A stretch of 64,000 nucleotides of DNA from Hyaloraphidium curvatum SAG 235-1 (Eukaryota > Fungi > Monoblepharomycota). Where the stretch lies: the NCBI GenBank assembly GCA_025558095.1, contig JAIVFI010000011.1, positions 372,001 to 436,000 on the forward strand. Direction: 5' to 3'. The notes below the pieces were generated by a model that had not been told where the DNA came from, did no database searches, and was given only the letters and a program-made list of their open reading frames with translations. A program made the translations under genes and the position numbers. Positions 36,447 to 48,313 of the stretch are shown one piece after another; within the stretch, counting starts at the first letter, position 1; each line of letters starts with the position of its first letter.

Positions 36447-36765
36447 AAAAGGTCCTGATGGCAAAAGAACGACGAAAGTCGAACGCGTTGAGGGAGGTGT
36501 TCACGGCGACACTACTATGACGCAGTATCCCCCAGACCGACCAAGGTACCGGAGTCCTCTGTTCGGGTAACCGCCTGAAGGCTTACCCCGGTTAGCATCG
36601 CTGATCCGTTTAAGCTTTCGCCCCTCTCCTCCGAGTGGGCGGATTCAGCGACCCCAGCCTTCTGAGGGGAGCATCAGTCGACATAGGCACCGTGGCACCT
36701 TTGGCCCCTCGCTAGCGCCTCCACCATCTAAGGCCTCCTTGCGGATTACAGGCCGAAGCCCAGCC
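36447..36765 (-). ncRNA. Signal recognition particle RNA (7SL)
   Basis: Minus strand: Alu domain GGC-TTCG-GCC-TGTAA-TCC-GCAA-GGA; long helix-5 pairings (GATGGT/GCCATC, GGTG-CACGGTG/CGCCGTG-CACC, CTATG/CATAG, TCCCC/GGGGA); helix 6 CCCACTC-GGAG-GAGAGGG; helix 8 CCTT-CAGG-CGG-TTAC-CCG-AACAG-AGG; ends at TTTT; ~315 nt in an ORF-free gap. Confidence 0.85.
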
Positions 36766-36882
36766 AATGTTTAAAGGCGAAATTTGCATTCATATCGGAG
36801 CCGCGTCTGGCGACCAGGAATATCGAGCGACAGGCCACTCCTGATCCCTTTTCCCACCGACGGCCCCGCGTTTCGCGGCACG

Positions 36883-38814
36883 ATGGCGGCAAAGGACGCG
36901 AATCCGCACGCCGTCGGCGACACTCGAGAGTATCTTCGCCATCCTATGACACTTAGCCCCTCCGATCCGGCCCTCGTCAAGACATCCGCGGGCCTCATCC
37001 GCGGCTCCGTCGGGGCGCGACATCTGGTCTGGAGGAACGTGCCCTACGCGTGTCCGCCGGTCGGCGACCTACGATGGAGGCCACCGAAGACGCCGGTGCC
37101 GAGTTGGGACGATGTGCGGGATGGGCGAACCCAGGGGTGAGCATCTTGGATCGGGCGCAGGAGACCCCCGGACGAGGCGAGGCGTACGGGGAAGCAAATC
37201 AGAGGAGGCAGAAGATGAGGCAGAGTCCAACAAGGCCGAATTTGACGCGTGTTTGGTCTGGTCATGCTGCGGGGATGCTGCGATTCGGTGCCTCCCGAGG
37301 CAGACGCTTAGTGGTTTCCTCAGCGCTGACCAGCGCCGATTGCGGGTGAAGACCAGCTTGTACGAGTGGATACTGATGCCATTCTTGGCGGGGATTCTGG
37401 GAATGCCTCATCGGATCTGTACTGACTTGGCCCTCCTGCAGCAACATCTGCCCGCAGCTCGCAGGCGACAGCTTCGACGCCCTTCTATATGGACGCGCAG
37501 CCACGCAGCTGCAGCAGCCCCTTACATTGGACGAGGATTGCTTGAATGTCAATATCTACGCACGTGAGCGGATCTCGGGACCCGCCTTCGGCCGTCCGTT
37601 GCTAACATCCACCAGCCAACTACAGGCGTCTTTCCGTACCCAATGGTCTGCCGGTGATGGTCTTTCCGGCGGCGGTCGAGAGCTTTGCACACGGATCCAA
37701 CGGCCATTTTCTCCTGGATGCAACAGCGCTCGTGGAAACCTTCGACGTTGTCGTTGTTGTAGTTAACTGTCGACTCAACCTCTTTGGCTTTCTTGGGTCA
37801 CGAGTTTTAGAAGGCGGAGGCCCGCCAGGCACCGGCAACTACGGTCTGTTGGATTTGGCGGCGGCCTGCCGCTGGATCCGCAGCAATGTCGCGGACTTCG
37901 GTGGCGATCCCACCAGAATCACGGCCTTCGGATCCAACGTTGGCGCGGTCGCGCTGCACTATCTCATGCTGTTTGCGCAGGAGAATCTCTTTGATCGGGT
38001 CATCTTGCAGAATGGCACTGCCGGATCCTGCCCGCCGCAATCGCTAGCCGAGGCCGAGATGGTCTTTGACGCGCTCTGTGCGGCGGTCAATGTTGATGCC
38101 GATGACCGCGCTGCAAAGGCCGAGCAGCTTCGCTCGCTTGCCTTCGAGGACCTCTTGCGGGGCCTGGAGAAGCTCAAGCTGGAACGGCCCGACTTGTATG
38201 CTATCGCGTGGCGGCCGACTTTTGATGGGTCGTTGGTGAATCGAGACCACCGGGCCATGGAGGGAGCCGGTGATTTGGATCCATCGGTGAGGGAGATCAT
38301 CCTAGGAATCTGCGATGGGGCCGGGTCCTTTCTGGCCACGCATTCAGCGTCTTCGCAGTTTCAGACAATCCGGGCTGCACTCGGCCCCGGGATGGCATCG
38401 GCATCGACCGTCAGCGAGCTTCTCTTTGAGGAGCCGATCGGTTTCTCGGCCGAACAGCTTGCAAAGAAGAAGGATCTGAAGCTGGCCATGTTCCGATGGA
38501 AACGGGTTCTCCGGAGGACGCAGCTCCTTGGGCATGCCTCCGAGCACCAAGCAATGGAACTGCCTTTCATCTTTCTGAGCACCCTTCTGACACCGCCCGA
38601 GACGATTTTTGCGAACGAGGTGATAGGCCTGTGGACGCGCTTCGCTGCTACCGGCGAGACCTGGACGCAGTACAGCGAACGTCGGAGTGTGCTTGAGATG
38701 ACAGCAACTGGGATCCAGATTGTGGAAGAACCGACCGTTCTCTCTTCGCACAGGGACATTCTGCGTAAACTGGCCACAGAACAAAGCGCCAGAGTAGCAA
38801 AGGAGAGGCTATAA
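36883..38814 (+). CDS. Type-B carboxylesterase-fold protein, probably catalytically inactive; ~2 introns
   Basis: VPYACPPVGDLRWRPP, CPQ, DEDCLNVNIY, NCRLNLFGFL, GNYGLLD, FGGDPTRITAF. The GESAG motif reads GSNVG and HGGG is absent. Confidence 0.8.
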
Positions 38815-38857
38815 TACACGCTGATCAACAGACAGTTTGCGAACCAGACAAAGACCT

Positions 38858-41710
38858 TCAAACGTCATCCTCGCCCACAACGAAATCTCCTCCGGCGATA
38901 AACTCGGCCCCAGGCTCCAGTGCCTGGGATGCAGCGGCGGCATTTGCCGCCTGATGCCGCGGTGCAGGGCACGCCGCACCGGGAACCGGTGCCGGCGCTT
39001 CCATGTCATCGGGGATTTCAAGCAGAGCAAACAACTTCCCGCCCGCCGCGCTGTCCTCGGCAACAAGCAGCCCAAAGCCCGTGACGAGCGGCGCCTGCAC
39101 ATCCTCGAGCAGCTTGGCCAGGAGCGTTGCCAGCCGTTCCGAAGACACCCAGCGCTCGCCGAGGATCCGGAGCGCGCGGATGTGGACCTCGAGCTGCCGC
39201 TTGGCCTCGTTCACCTGAGCAGATGGATGAGCTTCGGTGTCGGCCGTCATGGTTCGCATCACCCACGAGATCGAGCAGCTCCTGGCCGCCGCATGCGGGA
39301 TCACCGCAGAAGTTGATCATCGACATCTGCAGATTCTTGATCCCGACGAGGTGGATCAATCCAGTCTGAAAGACAGAGAAGACCGCTGAAGGAAAAGAGT
39401 CAGAAATCAAAGAAAAGGCGCGATCCGCTCTCCGCAACCCACCGTACGGCACGGCCCCATCGAGCTTCGGGCTCGCCGCCATCATGTCCTCGAGCAGCTT
39501 GGCGACGTGTGTCGACTCCTCGCTGCACCGCACGAAGCTGTCCCCGGAAAGCCACGTGACGTCCTTCTCCAGGCGGAGCATCTTGGTGTCGCGCGGGCAG
39601 TGCAGGAGCACGACGGCCGTCCGCAGGAACAGCGTCATCCAGGGGAGCGCGGCCGACCCGGGCCGGACGACCTTGTAGGTCGCGGGGAGCAGGTTGAACC
39701 ACTTTGCCAGCATCTCCTCGACCAGGGCCATCTTCTTTCGCGCGGCCTCGCCCAGCGCGTTCGCCGGCGGGCTGAACGGATTGATGTCCCGGAACGCGCA
39801 CCACTGGTGGAACTCGACGATCTTGCCGACCACGTTGTTCAGCATGCACTCGTAGAGGAACGGGTCCGCGTCGGTCAGGTCCGGTAGAGGCTCCTCGGGG
39901 TTCGAGAGGAAAAGGGCGACCCAGGCGGGCATGTTGGCGGAGGTGATGATGTCGGAGTTGCCGCGTTCGGGGAGGTCGAAATCCCAAAGCAGCGGGTTGC
40001 AAGGAAGGGAGGTGAGGCACTCGTTGTCGGCGATGATGCAAGCTCGGTCCGCGGCAACGGCCGTGATCCTGATCACGAGATCAGCCACCGAAGATGATGC
40101 CGAGGGCCGAGGGGGACGACTCACCTGTCGAGATTGTACAGCGCCCACCACACGCGCCTCCTGGTCTCCTTCTCGACCCAGCGCATGTTACGCTTGGTAG
40201 CCTCCTTGCTGAACTTGTCGGAATCCGGGTCGACGTTGAGCTTCATCTGCCGCGCCATCATGATCGCTATGCCCGTGAACTGGTAAGCAATCGACCCCTG
40301 CGTCCAGGACGTGACGCCGTGGAGGACGAGGTGGAGCAGCGTCTGGATCGTGACGAGCGCCGGCGGCTTCTCCAGCGCGGGGTACAGGAGGCGCTTGGCG
40401 CGCTCGAACATGCTGATCGCGAACTTGAAGCGATTCGGTCCGACGCGGTCCGAGAAGGGGGCGGCGATGGCGTACATGCTGTACAGCAGCATCGGGGGCT
40501 GCGCACGGAGGTTGCGCAAGAAGGTGCCGCGGTGAATGAAGGAGGTCGAGGGAGCGAGGTACTTGAAGTAGGCTTCGATCAGGCTGTCGAGCACGTCTTG
40601 CGGCGGTAAAGGAGCCAGATCGTCGAACGCAACCACAGCGCCGTTCGGGCTCGCGGCGACCAAAGCTCCAGAGGAGACGTGCACGACCGACGTTTCGGTG
40701 CCGGACGCCGACCGGAGCACGACGGGCCCCGCAGGGGAACCGCCGTGGCGCGACTCCACCGACGAAGGGGAGCCCGCGTCCATGATCAGGACTGTCGGCC
40801 CGCCGCTGACGTAGTCAATGAAGCTGCCGTAATCGCCCGAATGATCATCGCCGCCGACGGGTGAGCCCTGCGACACCGGGCTTTCGGGCCCCTTGTCGGC
40901 CGCCGGCCGCGGCAGGTTGGAGCCGGAAGCAGTCCTAGCAGGTTGCGGCGCCGGCACTCCGTTCGCGTGGGCGCCCGGCACGGCCTTGGGCTTTGAGGGC
41001 CTGCGAGCCTCCGCCGGCGCCGGGACCGGCTCGAGGTCGGGCTCCTGTTTCACCTCGACGCCCTCCAGGCTCTCCTCGTCCCACTGCTCGCTCTCGCTGT
41101 CCTCGTCCTCCTTGTTCCCGCCCTCGTCCATCTCGTCGAAGAACTCCTCCCCTTTGCCGCCAGTGGCCTTCTCCAGGAGGTACTCCAGCCGCTTGAGCCG
41201 CTTGTGCAGTGACACGATGGAGCCCGGCGCCGGCCCCCGCTTCTTGGTGTTCCTCGAGTAGGCGCACGACAGGTTGTTGACGAAGCAGCGGGTGCAGGCC
41301 GGCTGAAGAGGGGAGACCGGGGGTGCCAGAGAAGGGGAGGTCCACAGGGTCAGATTGGCCAGGGCAGCGGAGACAGTAAACGAACCAGCAGGCCATCGCA
41401 CTTGATCTTCCTGCGGGGGTGGGGGGGAGGTCAGGGGTGCGGACCCCGCGGGCCGGCCGACCCACTTCTTCGAGCACAGGTCGCACGCCTTCGTCACGCG
41501 CACGCGGCGCTTGCCCTGCGCCTTCCCCTTGCCGACGGCGCCGCCGACGACGCCGAGCGCGGGCTCCGCGTCGACGTCGAACGGCGCGGCCGGCGGCAGC
41601 GCGCCGACGCCCATCAGGCCGTTGTACGGCAGCGCGGGCGCGTACGCCGGCCCGCCCACGCCGAGCATCGCCAGCGTCGCCTGGTCCAGGCCGCCGAACC
41701 GCGAGTCCAT
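38858..41710 (-). CDS. Zn(II)2Cys6 fungal transcription factor with Fungal_trans middle homology region; ~4 introns incl. a microexon
   Basis: ACDLCSKK|KIKCDGLL|PACTRCFVNNLSCAY..KKRGP after splicing; IEAYF, FIHRGTFL, ETRRRVWWALYNLDR. Confidence 0.9.
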
Positions 41711-41910
41711 AGTGGTGCGGCCGCCCGGTTGGACTTTGGGTTTCAACTCCGTGGGACTGGCAGCTGACGTAATAAGCGGTGCTGTATGGCTGCCACCCTC
41801 GGAATGGGCTTTTGCCGAATCCTGTGTAGCGCGGTTCCATCTACTGCCGACACCGTGTTCGTAGCTGTGTACATTCCTCCACCTCGTTCGTGGATAGGCG
41901 CTCCCGGGCC

Positions 41911-42665
41911 TCATTCATTCCACTTCTTCGCAACCTGGAGCCCGATGTCAGTCTCGGGAAGCACCACCTGCAACGGACTCTCACCATTCCGTCAGGGGGC
42001 ACGACCTCCACGCGCTTCTTGCCGACCTCGGACCAGTTGGTGCTCAGCGCGGTGCCTCCGCTCTCGGTGTAGCTCTTGATCATGGCCCGCCGCGTGTCCT
42101 CGTCCGCATCCTTGTAGAGCATTTGGAAGAAGTTGTTGAGCGCCTCGTCGCCTTCGGCCTTGTCCGCCGTGACCTCCTTCTCCAGCTTGCTCCAGTCGTG
42201 CTTCACGCGGGCGGAGGAGGGGTAGGCAGGAGGGGCGGCCGCCGAAGCGGCGCTGATCTGTCCGACGGGGCCCTGCTCCTCCCCTTCGAGGGCGCCCCAC
42301 TTGATCCCCGGCTCGCCCTTCTTGAGCTTGATCTCGATCTTGGTCGACATGACGGAGTACTTGCTCTCGGCCGGGACCACCGAGTGCGCGAGCGGGTCGA
42401 GCTCCAGCGAGTAGTCGGCGCCCGTCGGCAGCCGGACCGTGATCGAGAGGGAGCGCTCAAACATGTTGACCGCCACGTCCTCGGGCCGGGTGCCCTTGAT
42501 GAACACGGTGACAGTGACGAAGTTGTCGTTCTGGAACCACTCGTGCCGGATCTTGGACGGGGCCAGGTACGGCGCGGGCCGGTCAACCTGCTGCGGTGCG
42601 GTCGAGTAGCTGTGCTCGGTCGACATCTCGGAAACGCGCTCGGCCAGCTGGTTGTCCGTAACCAT
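41911..42665 (-). CDS. SGT1: Sgt1 Hsp90 co-chaperone (CS + SGS domains, no TPR visible); 1 intron
   Basis: KIRHEWFQ..VTVTVFIKG, TKIEIKLKK..W (CS); YPSS, LNNFFQMLYKDADEDTRRAMIKSYTESGGTALSTNW..PPDGM|VAKKW (SGS). Confidence 0.9.
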
Positions 42666-42830
42666 TGTCCGCGGGGGGCGTTGCACGAAGTCGTGTGGGG
42701 GGGGCCGACACGACCGGAGCCCCCAGAAGCGCGCTCAAGGAAACGATGCGGCGTCCACGGCGCTCAGAACGCCGCCACGCAGCAGTTTGTGGAAAAGCGT
42801 GGATTCCGGGGCTCTCAGAGCAGTCCGACC

Positions 42831-43787
42831 ATGCCGCCGAAGAACGCCAAGGCCCGGCCAAAGCCGGACGCGGCGGGTCGGAGTCCGTCAAAAGAATCTC
42901 CGAAACATGCAAACTGGTCCTTCTTCCTGATCTGCGCGCTGGCTGCCGCGATTGGTGCGTGGTGGTGGCCCACACTCACGACCTCTTGGAGCGGAGCTCG
43001 GACGCGCTTCCCTGCCACCGTGCACACTTCTGGAACTTTTGTTCCTGTGCCCTGCGAGCCGAATGCTACACAAACTTTTCCTGGCTGCAGCCCGACGCGC
43101 TGCGGTCGCTACATTGAGGACGGGTTCGCCTCGGCGGCCGAAATCGCGACGATCAAGGGCCTAGTGGAACGAGCGTTGGGTTACGGCGAGTCGACTACAG
43201 GAACCGCCATCTACGACGTCGCATCGGGCGCCGTGACGTTCAAGGATAAGTTCCTCGATGTTTATGACGCTGTGAAAAGGACGCACGCCCGAGAAGGGAC
43301 AAAGCAGGCGACTCTCTTCACGGAAGCAGAAGCCGACCTGCTCGACGATATCTATTCGCGGATCAAGCGCGTACTTGTGGACCGCTTTGGGATCGCAGGG
43401 GAGGTTTTCCTCACCCGGCCGTCCTTCTTTTCCAAGCTTTCGCCGGGCAAAGCGGCGACGCAGAACGACGTGTACGACGAGCCACATGTGGACACGGAGC
43501 AGTATGGGACGTTCGCTTACACAGGTCTACTGTACCTTGCGAACTTCGGTGACGACTTTGCTGGAGGCGAGTTCGTGTTCCTCGATCCCGATCCCTCGGG
43601 GGCGAAGACGCGGCGTTCGGTCGTCGAACCGCGGGCGGGAAGACTTTCGCTGTTCACCAGCGCTCACGAGAACTTGCACAAGGTCGAGAAGGTGACCAGG
43701 GGGGTCAGAATGGCGTTCACCGTGGCCTTCAGCTGCAACCAATCCCACGCCGCAGGAACCCTCACCAATCGTGGTCGCGGGAAATAG
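42831..43787 (+). CDS. 2-oxoglutarate/Fe(II) oxygenase, OGFOD3-like; intronless
   Basis: N-terminal TM; GCSPTRCGR; FLTRPSFFS; PHVD (HxD), YGTFAYTGLLYL, ENLHKV, GVRMAFT. Confidence 0.85.
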   Translation: MPPKNAKARPKPDAAGRSPSKESPKHANWSFFLICALAAAIGAWWWPTLTTSWSGARTRFPATVHTSGTFVPVPCEPNATQTFPGCSPTRCGRYIEDGFASAAEIATIKGLVERALGYGESTTGTAIYDVASGAVTFKDKFLDVYDAVKRTHAREGTKQATLFTEAEADLLDDIYSRIKRVLVDRFGIAGEVFLTRPSFFSKLSPGKAATQNDVYDEPHVDTEQYGTFAYTGLLYLANFGDDFAGGEFVFLDPDPSGAKTRRSVVEPRAGRLSLFTSAHENLHKVEKVTRGVRMAFTVAFSCNQSHAAGTLTNRGRGK

Positions 43788-43919
43788 GCACGCATGGGCC
43801 AGTAGTTTCTAGTTCGGCTAAACTGCCGAGATGTACGATGGCAACAAGCTCGCTCGCTCCTCCTATTTTGGCCCGGGCAACACAACGCCCCAACCATGTC
43901 CGTCTAAGGTCCGCCATTT

Positions 43920-45177
43920 CTACTTCTTCTTGGGCGCCAGCTTCTCCTCGAACAGCTTCCACAGAACCGAGAACAGCCTGACCGAAGGGTTTAGTTCCGG
44001 GCTCCTGGAGCTCGCAAGAATCAACACTTACAGCCCCTGCATGCCGTTGGCGATAAGGCGAGTGCCCAGACCACGTCCGAACAGACCCAGCCAACCGTCC
44101 TTGGCCACAACGTCCCTGACCGCCTGCGGGTACGACACTTTGACTTCGTTTGCCTGGCGGTAGGTCTTGATGACACGGATCGAGTTGGAGACGGTGTCGG
44201 AGATGGCGGAGGACACGAAACCGATGAAGGCGTTGCGGGCGAGCTTCTTGGGAGTCTCCGTGTACCGGGGGAGCACCTCCTGGAGGTAGTTCTATGGATC
44301 CGGACATGAGATCAGCGGCCGCGTTTCAACCCGGCCGACGGACCCACGTAGGTGAAGAACCAGGGGTAGTGGCCGACGAAAGTGGCGGTCGACGCCGCAA
44401 GCGCGCCGTACCACATGGTGGAGATGCCGTTGGCGGCGATCTTGGCCCTGAGCTGAGGCAGACCGCGGGTGCCGTTGACCTGCATCGTCGTCTTGACGGT
44501 GTCGATCGGCATCAGGAAGATGCGGAAGCAGGCAGCCGAGAAGGAGGCGAAGAGGGTCTTGACGCCGACCGGCAATCCCGAGGTGAGCTCGCTCGAGTCC
44601 AGGAGGGCGAGGGCGCCGGCATTGGCGGCGGTGTCTCCAAAGCGGGACAGCGGCCCCTGGAGAAGCGCGGGAACGTAGCCGCGGTAGAAGCGGATGAGAC
44701 CGCCATCCTTGTACAGCGCCCTGGTGGCCTCGGCCAGGCTGGTCCCGTAGCGGTATTGGTAGTTCTGTGAGAGACGACGTCAAGCCGGGAACAGATGCAG
44801 CGAGCTTGCGGGAGCCGCTGACCATGATCGTCCTGCAGAGGAAGATCATCGTCAGTCAATAAGAACGGATCCGCACGCCCGAGGAAGGTCTCACCTCATC
44901 CACTGCGGGATCAAGGAGGCGGGTGAAAGAAAAGGCCGAAGCACGGGGCAGCATCCCATCAGGGCAGGCGGACAGCGATGTGCTCCGGTCAGAATGATAC
45001 AGATCGCGGAGATTCACGCGGCGCCGGCCCTCGCACCATCAAGGTAGTGACCTGGACGCCCATAGCGGCCGCGCCCGCCACACCGCCTCCCGCGGCGCGC
45101 CGGAGGGCATTCTTGAAGTCGAAGGCGTTCTTGTCCTTCTTCACCTCCGTCTTGGCCGGGGCAGCAGGCGCCGACAT
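43920..45177 (-). CDS. Mitochondrial carrier family (SLC25) protein; several introns incl. microexon(s)
   Basis: GGGVAGAAAMG, NYQYRYG, PLSRFGDTAAN, MPIDTVKTTMQ, VGHYPWFFTY, NSIRVIKT, GLFGRGL. Confidence 0.9.
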
Positions 45178-45312
45178 CGCTATTCCCTGTTCTACGCGGA
45201 ACGCGAAGGAGTGGGTGATGGCGGACGGCGGCGGGAATCGGAAGACTTCGGCCCGATGCGGGCATCAACACCACCCGAATCTCGCAATGGCACGGACGGA
45301 CAAAAACTCTAA

Positions 45313-47773
45313 TCACGAAGCGGCAACAGGAGTGACAGCGAGCCCTGCATTCGCAGCATCGATGCGCGGCTTTGGGAGGACGGCAGCCACGCGTTCCCGG
45401 CGTCTGCGCTCGAGAGATTTCGCCTCCTGCCACAGCTCCTTCGTCAGGGTGTTTGTCGTGTGCGAAAGCGTCACGAGCCTGGATCCGGTCAGACGGTCCA
45501 GATTTCGTCAAGGAGCGGAGCCGGAAACCTACCTCGCGACGGCGCAGAGCTGGATCAGTTCCTCCTGGCTCATCAGGCTCGCCTTGTCCTGCCTTTGCCG
45601 CGCCCTCGTGGTGACAAAGTCGGTCTCGATGTACTGCAACAATCGATGGCAAACCAATGATCAGCACGGGCCGTTGCGAGTTCTCGCTTCCACGGGACCC
45701 ACCTTAACCATGTCCTCGGAGACGTTGTACGATCCCTCCCTCATGATTCCCAGGTAGAGGCGCACGTCGGCCAACAGCTTGCTATCGTCCGCGCTCGATA
45801 TGGTCAGGTTCGAAAGGGCGTCGGGAAGGGTGCCGTCCGAACTCGAGGTCTCCGCGACAACAGGAACGACGCACTCGACCGGGAAGATCCCGGAGCGCGT
45901 GGTACCGACAATGAGCACGTTCAGGTTGACCGGCACCTCCATCCAGTTCTGAATCAGCTGCGGTTCACCGCTGCTTTCGTCGTTGGTCCCGTCAAAGATG
46001 GCGAAGGGAAGCTTCCCAAAGTCGATCACGGTCTTCAGAGCTTGCAGGTTGAGAACGCCTGGTTGCCAGCGGACGTCAGGAACCTGAACATGTGCACCGA
46101 AAACTCAAGGCGCCCACCGATGCCCTGGACCTTTCCTTCGCCGAGCTTTCCCTCGTCAACGATCAGCTGGGTGCCTTCCCCAAGCTGCAGGATCCCAGCC
46201 GAGAGGCCGTGGGTTTCCGAGTTGCGCGGCATGAACGTGCTACCGTTGATCTTCGCCAGCTCCAGAGGAAGATAGTGGACCCGGGGGAGAATCTGCTCCG
46301 CAAGAGCAACCAGTTCGTTCGTCGCCTCCGCCGACATGCCGCACAGGTTCATGGGGAAGTTGCCGACGGTGATTGCCGAATCGCGCTGGTATCTGCTCAC
46401 GGCTGTAAGCGAGAACCTTGATGCCGCTTCCACTCAAAACCCACATTCTGGAAAGGAAGTGAAGAAGAACGAACTCGGCTGCCAAGGTGTCGCCGCCGAG
46501 GATCTGGGAGATGCGCTGCACGAGCTGGGCACGCACGGCCCTGCCATTGACCTTGGCAACTGCGATGCCGGCTCAGGCAAAGAGGAACGTGGAAACCAAG
46601 GGCGGTAGCTCACGGTTTCGAACGGCCAGTTCCGTGTCCAGGCACAGCGGGTTGCCGGCGCAGTTCAGCTTCTGGAACGAAATTGCGTGAAGGCGAGGAA
46701 CGAGGTCCTGGGAAGGAAGCCGGGTCTGGAGGAGGTTGAACATGTCGCTGCGTCGACATGGTTAGCAGCTTCGCCAAGGCGAGCCCAGTCCGGCTCACTC
46801 GTCCATGTCCACATCATCTTCCGCAGCCTGGGTCCTTTCGAGGATCCCAACGACCTCGAAAACGTCATTCACCGCCAGGTTTTCCTTGGTGTTGTAAAGC
46901 TGGGTTGCTTCGTAAGCCGAAGATCACGGATCAAGACATCTGCCGAGTCTCACGAGCACGATGGCCGCGGTGGTGCTTTCGTCCGGGAGCGGGTAGCGTG
47001 CTCTCGCCAGGGCCAGATCTTCGGCCTTGAATTCGGGGGCAGCGTCCGACGAGGAAGTAGCTGCAGGCGGTGCAGCGGCGGCAAACGCCTCCTTGGCCCA
47101 GGCCGTCTCCGCGGGAACAGAAACCGCATAGTACGGCTGCCTGTCGCCGAGCACGGGCCGCAAATCACCCTCGGAAATGTTTCTCGGGAGCGGAAGGGCC
47201 TGGTACGGAGTTGAGGACGGTGGGATCACTGAACGGGAGTGTAACCCACATTTGCCGGCGCCGTGTCAGTGTACTTGACGGCCTGCCATTTCTGTAAGGC
47301 GACGCCCATCGTAAGCCACGAGCTGTCTCTGGGGTCTGCAGTGGAACGCACCGGTTCTCCGCCCGCTGGGTCCGCAACGAGGTAGAACCTTTGGTAGATC
47401 TGCTGGTCGAGGCTGTTGTCCTGGATCATGCAGCGGAACCGCACGAGGGAGCCCGAAGGAATGGTCGCCGAGCCGCCGTTGTTCAAGAGCGGGATCTGCA
47501 ATCGCGTTTGGATTCGACGGGACATTGGCGCTGGCCAGAAAGGAGGGCCGCGGCACCGACCTGCTCAATCTTGTCCCTGGAGTCGAACAAGGACTTGAAG
47601 AGCTCGGCGTCCTGCTCATCAGACTGCTGAGGAAGCGTCTCGAATTCCCCTGCGCCCGCACAGGCCGTGATGAGCGGGCAACGAAAAGGGGGACCGAGGG
47701 CCCGCCCACCGAGAGCCTTTGCGATAGCGTCCAGCGGCGCCGAAATAAAGGCCAGGTGGTCCGCGAGCTTCAT
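45313..47773 (-). CDS. MCMBP: Mini-chromosome maintenance complex-binding protein; multiple introns
   Basis: LVRFRCMIQD, YYAVSVPAETAW, LGGDTLAAEFVLLHFLS, GLSAGILQL..GTQLIVDEGKLGEG. Confidence 0.9.
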
Positions 47774-48313
47774 CCTGTCCTTTTTGCGGGACGATGCGGA
47801 CGCGCGATGGCCGGGAACAGTTGAGAGACGCGTGAATTCGCCGGCGTGAAATGAGAGTCCTATCTTCCGGGCCATCACAACAGCCCACCCTGAGCGTCGA
47901 CTAACGGATGGGTACCTGGTTAGAAAAGCTGTATCACATCATCGAGAGCACTCCAATTGTTCATTCATGATTTTCTACGGCGATTGAGCCGCACGGAATC
48001 ATCAACAGGCACGTTGCTGAGGAGTTCTACTCCGATTGCACCAATGAACCAAATGGACAAGGTCCAGCCTATTCCGATGAGCACACCAATGTCGCTTTTC
48101 TCGTTGTTGCGTTCTGAGGCAAGATCGCGAGATCGTGTTGTTGGGGAGCCGAGTCAGGGCTCACTCGACTCCGCCCGCCGTCCGACATTCCGACACGGCT
48201 GTCTCCCCATTAGCACTGAGTTGCTCCGTGCGCGCCACAATCGCGTAGACAACTCCGCCGTCCGACTCCCCGAGGCGACCGTTTCCAGTCTTACGCGTTG
48301 ATCCCCGGCCACA

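Noticed and set aside
36452-36482. CTGATG...GAAA resembling a hammerhead ribozyme core
   Set aside because: Core is CTGATGG not CTGANGA, stems are missing, and the segment is explained as the antisense of the SRP RNA 3' end.
36782-36789. Octamer ATGCAAAT upstream of the SRP RNA
   Set aside because: Too close to the start for a distal sequence element, and POU-factor octamer control is a metazoan feature; likely chance.
31695-41710. Esterase, glycosidase, pseudo-esterase and Zn2Cys6 factor as a metabolic gene cluster
   Set aside because: No backbone enzyme or transporter, interrupted by the SRP RNA gene, and no shared promoter motif seen; co-expression data would be needed.
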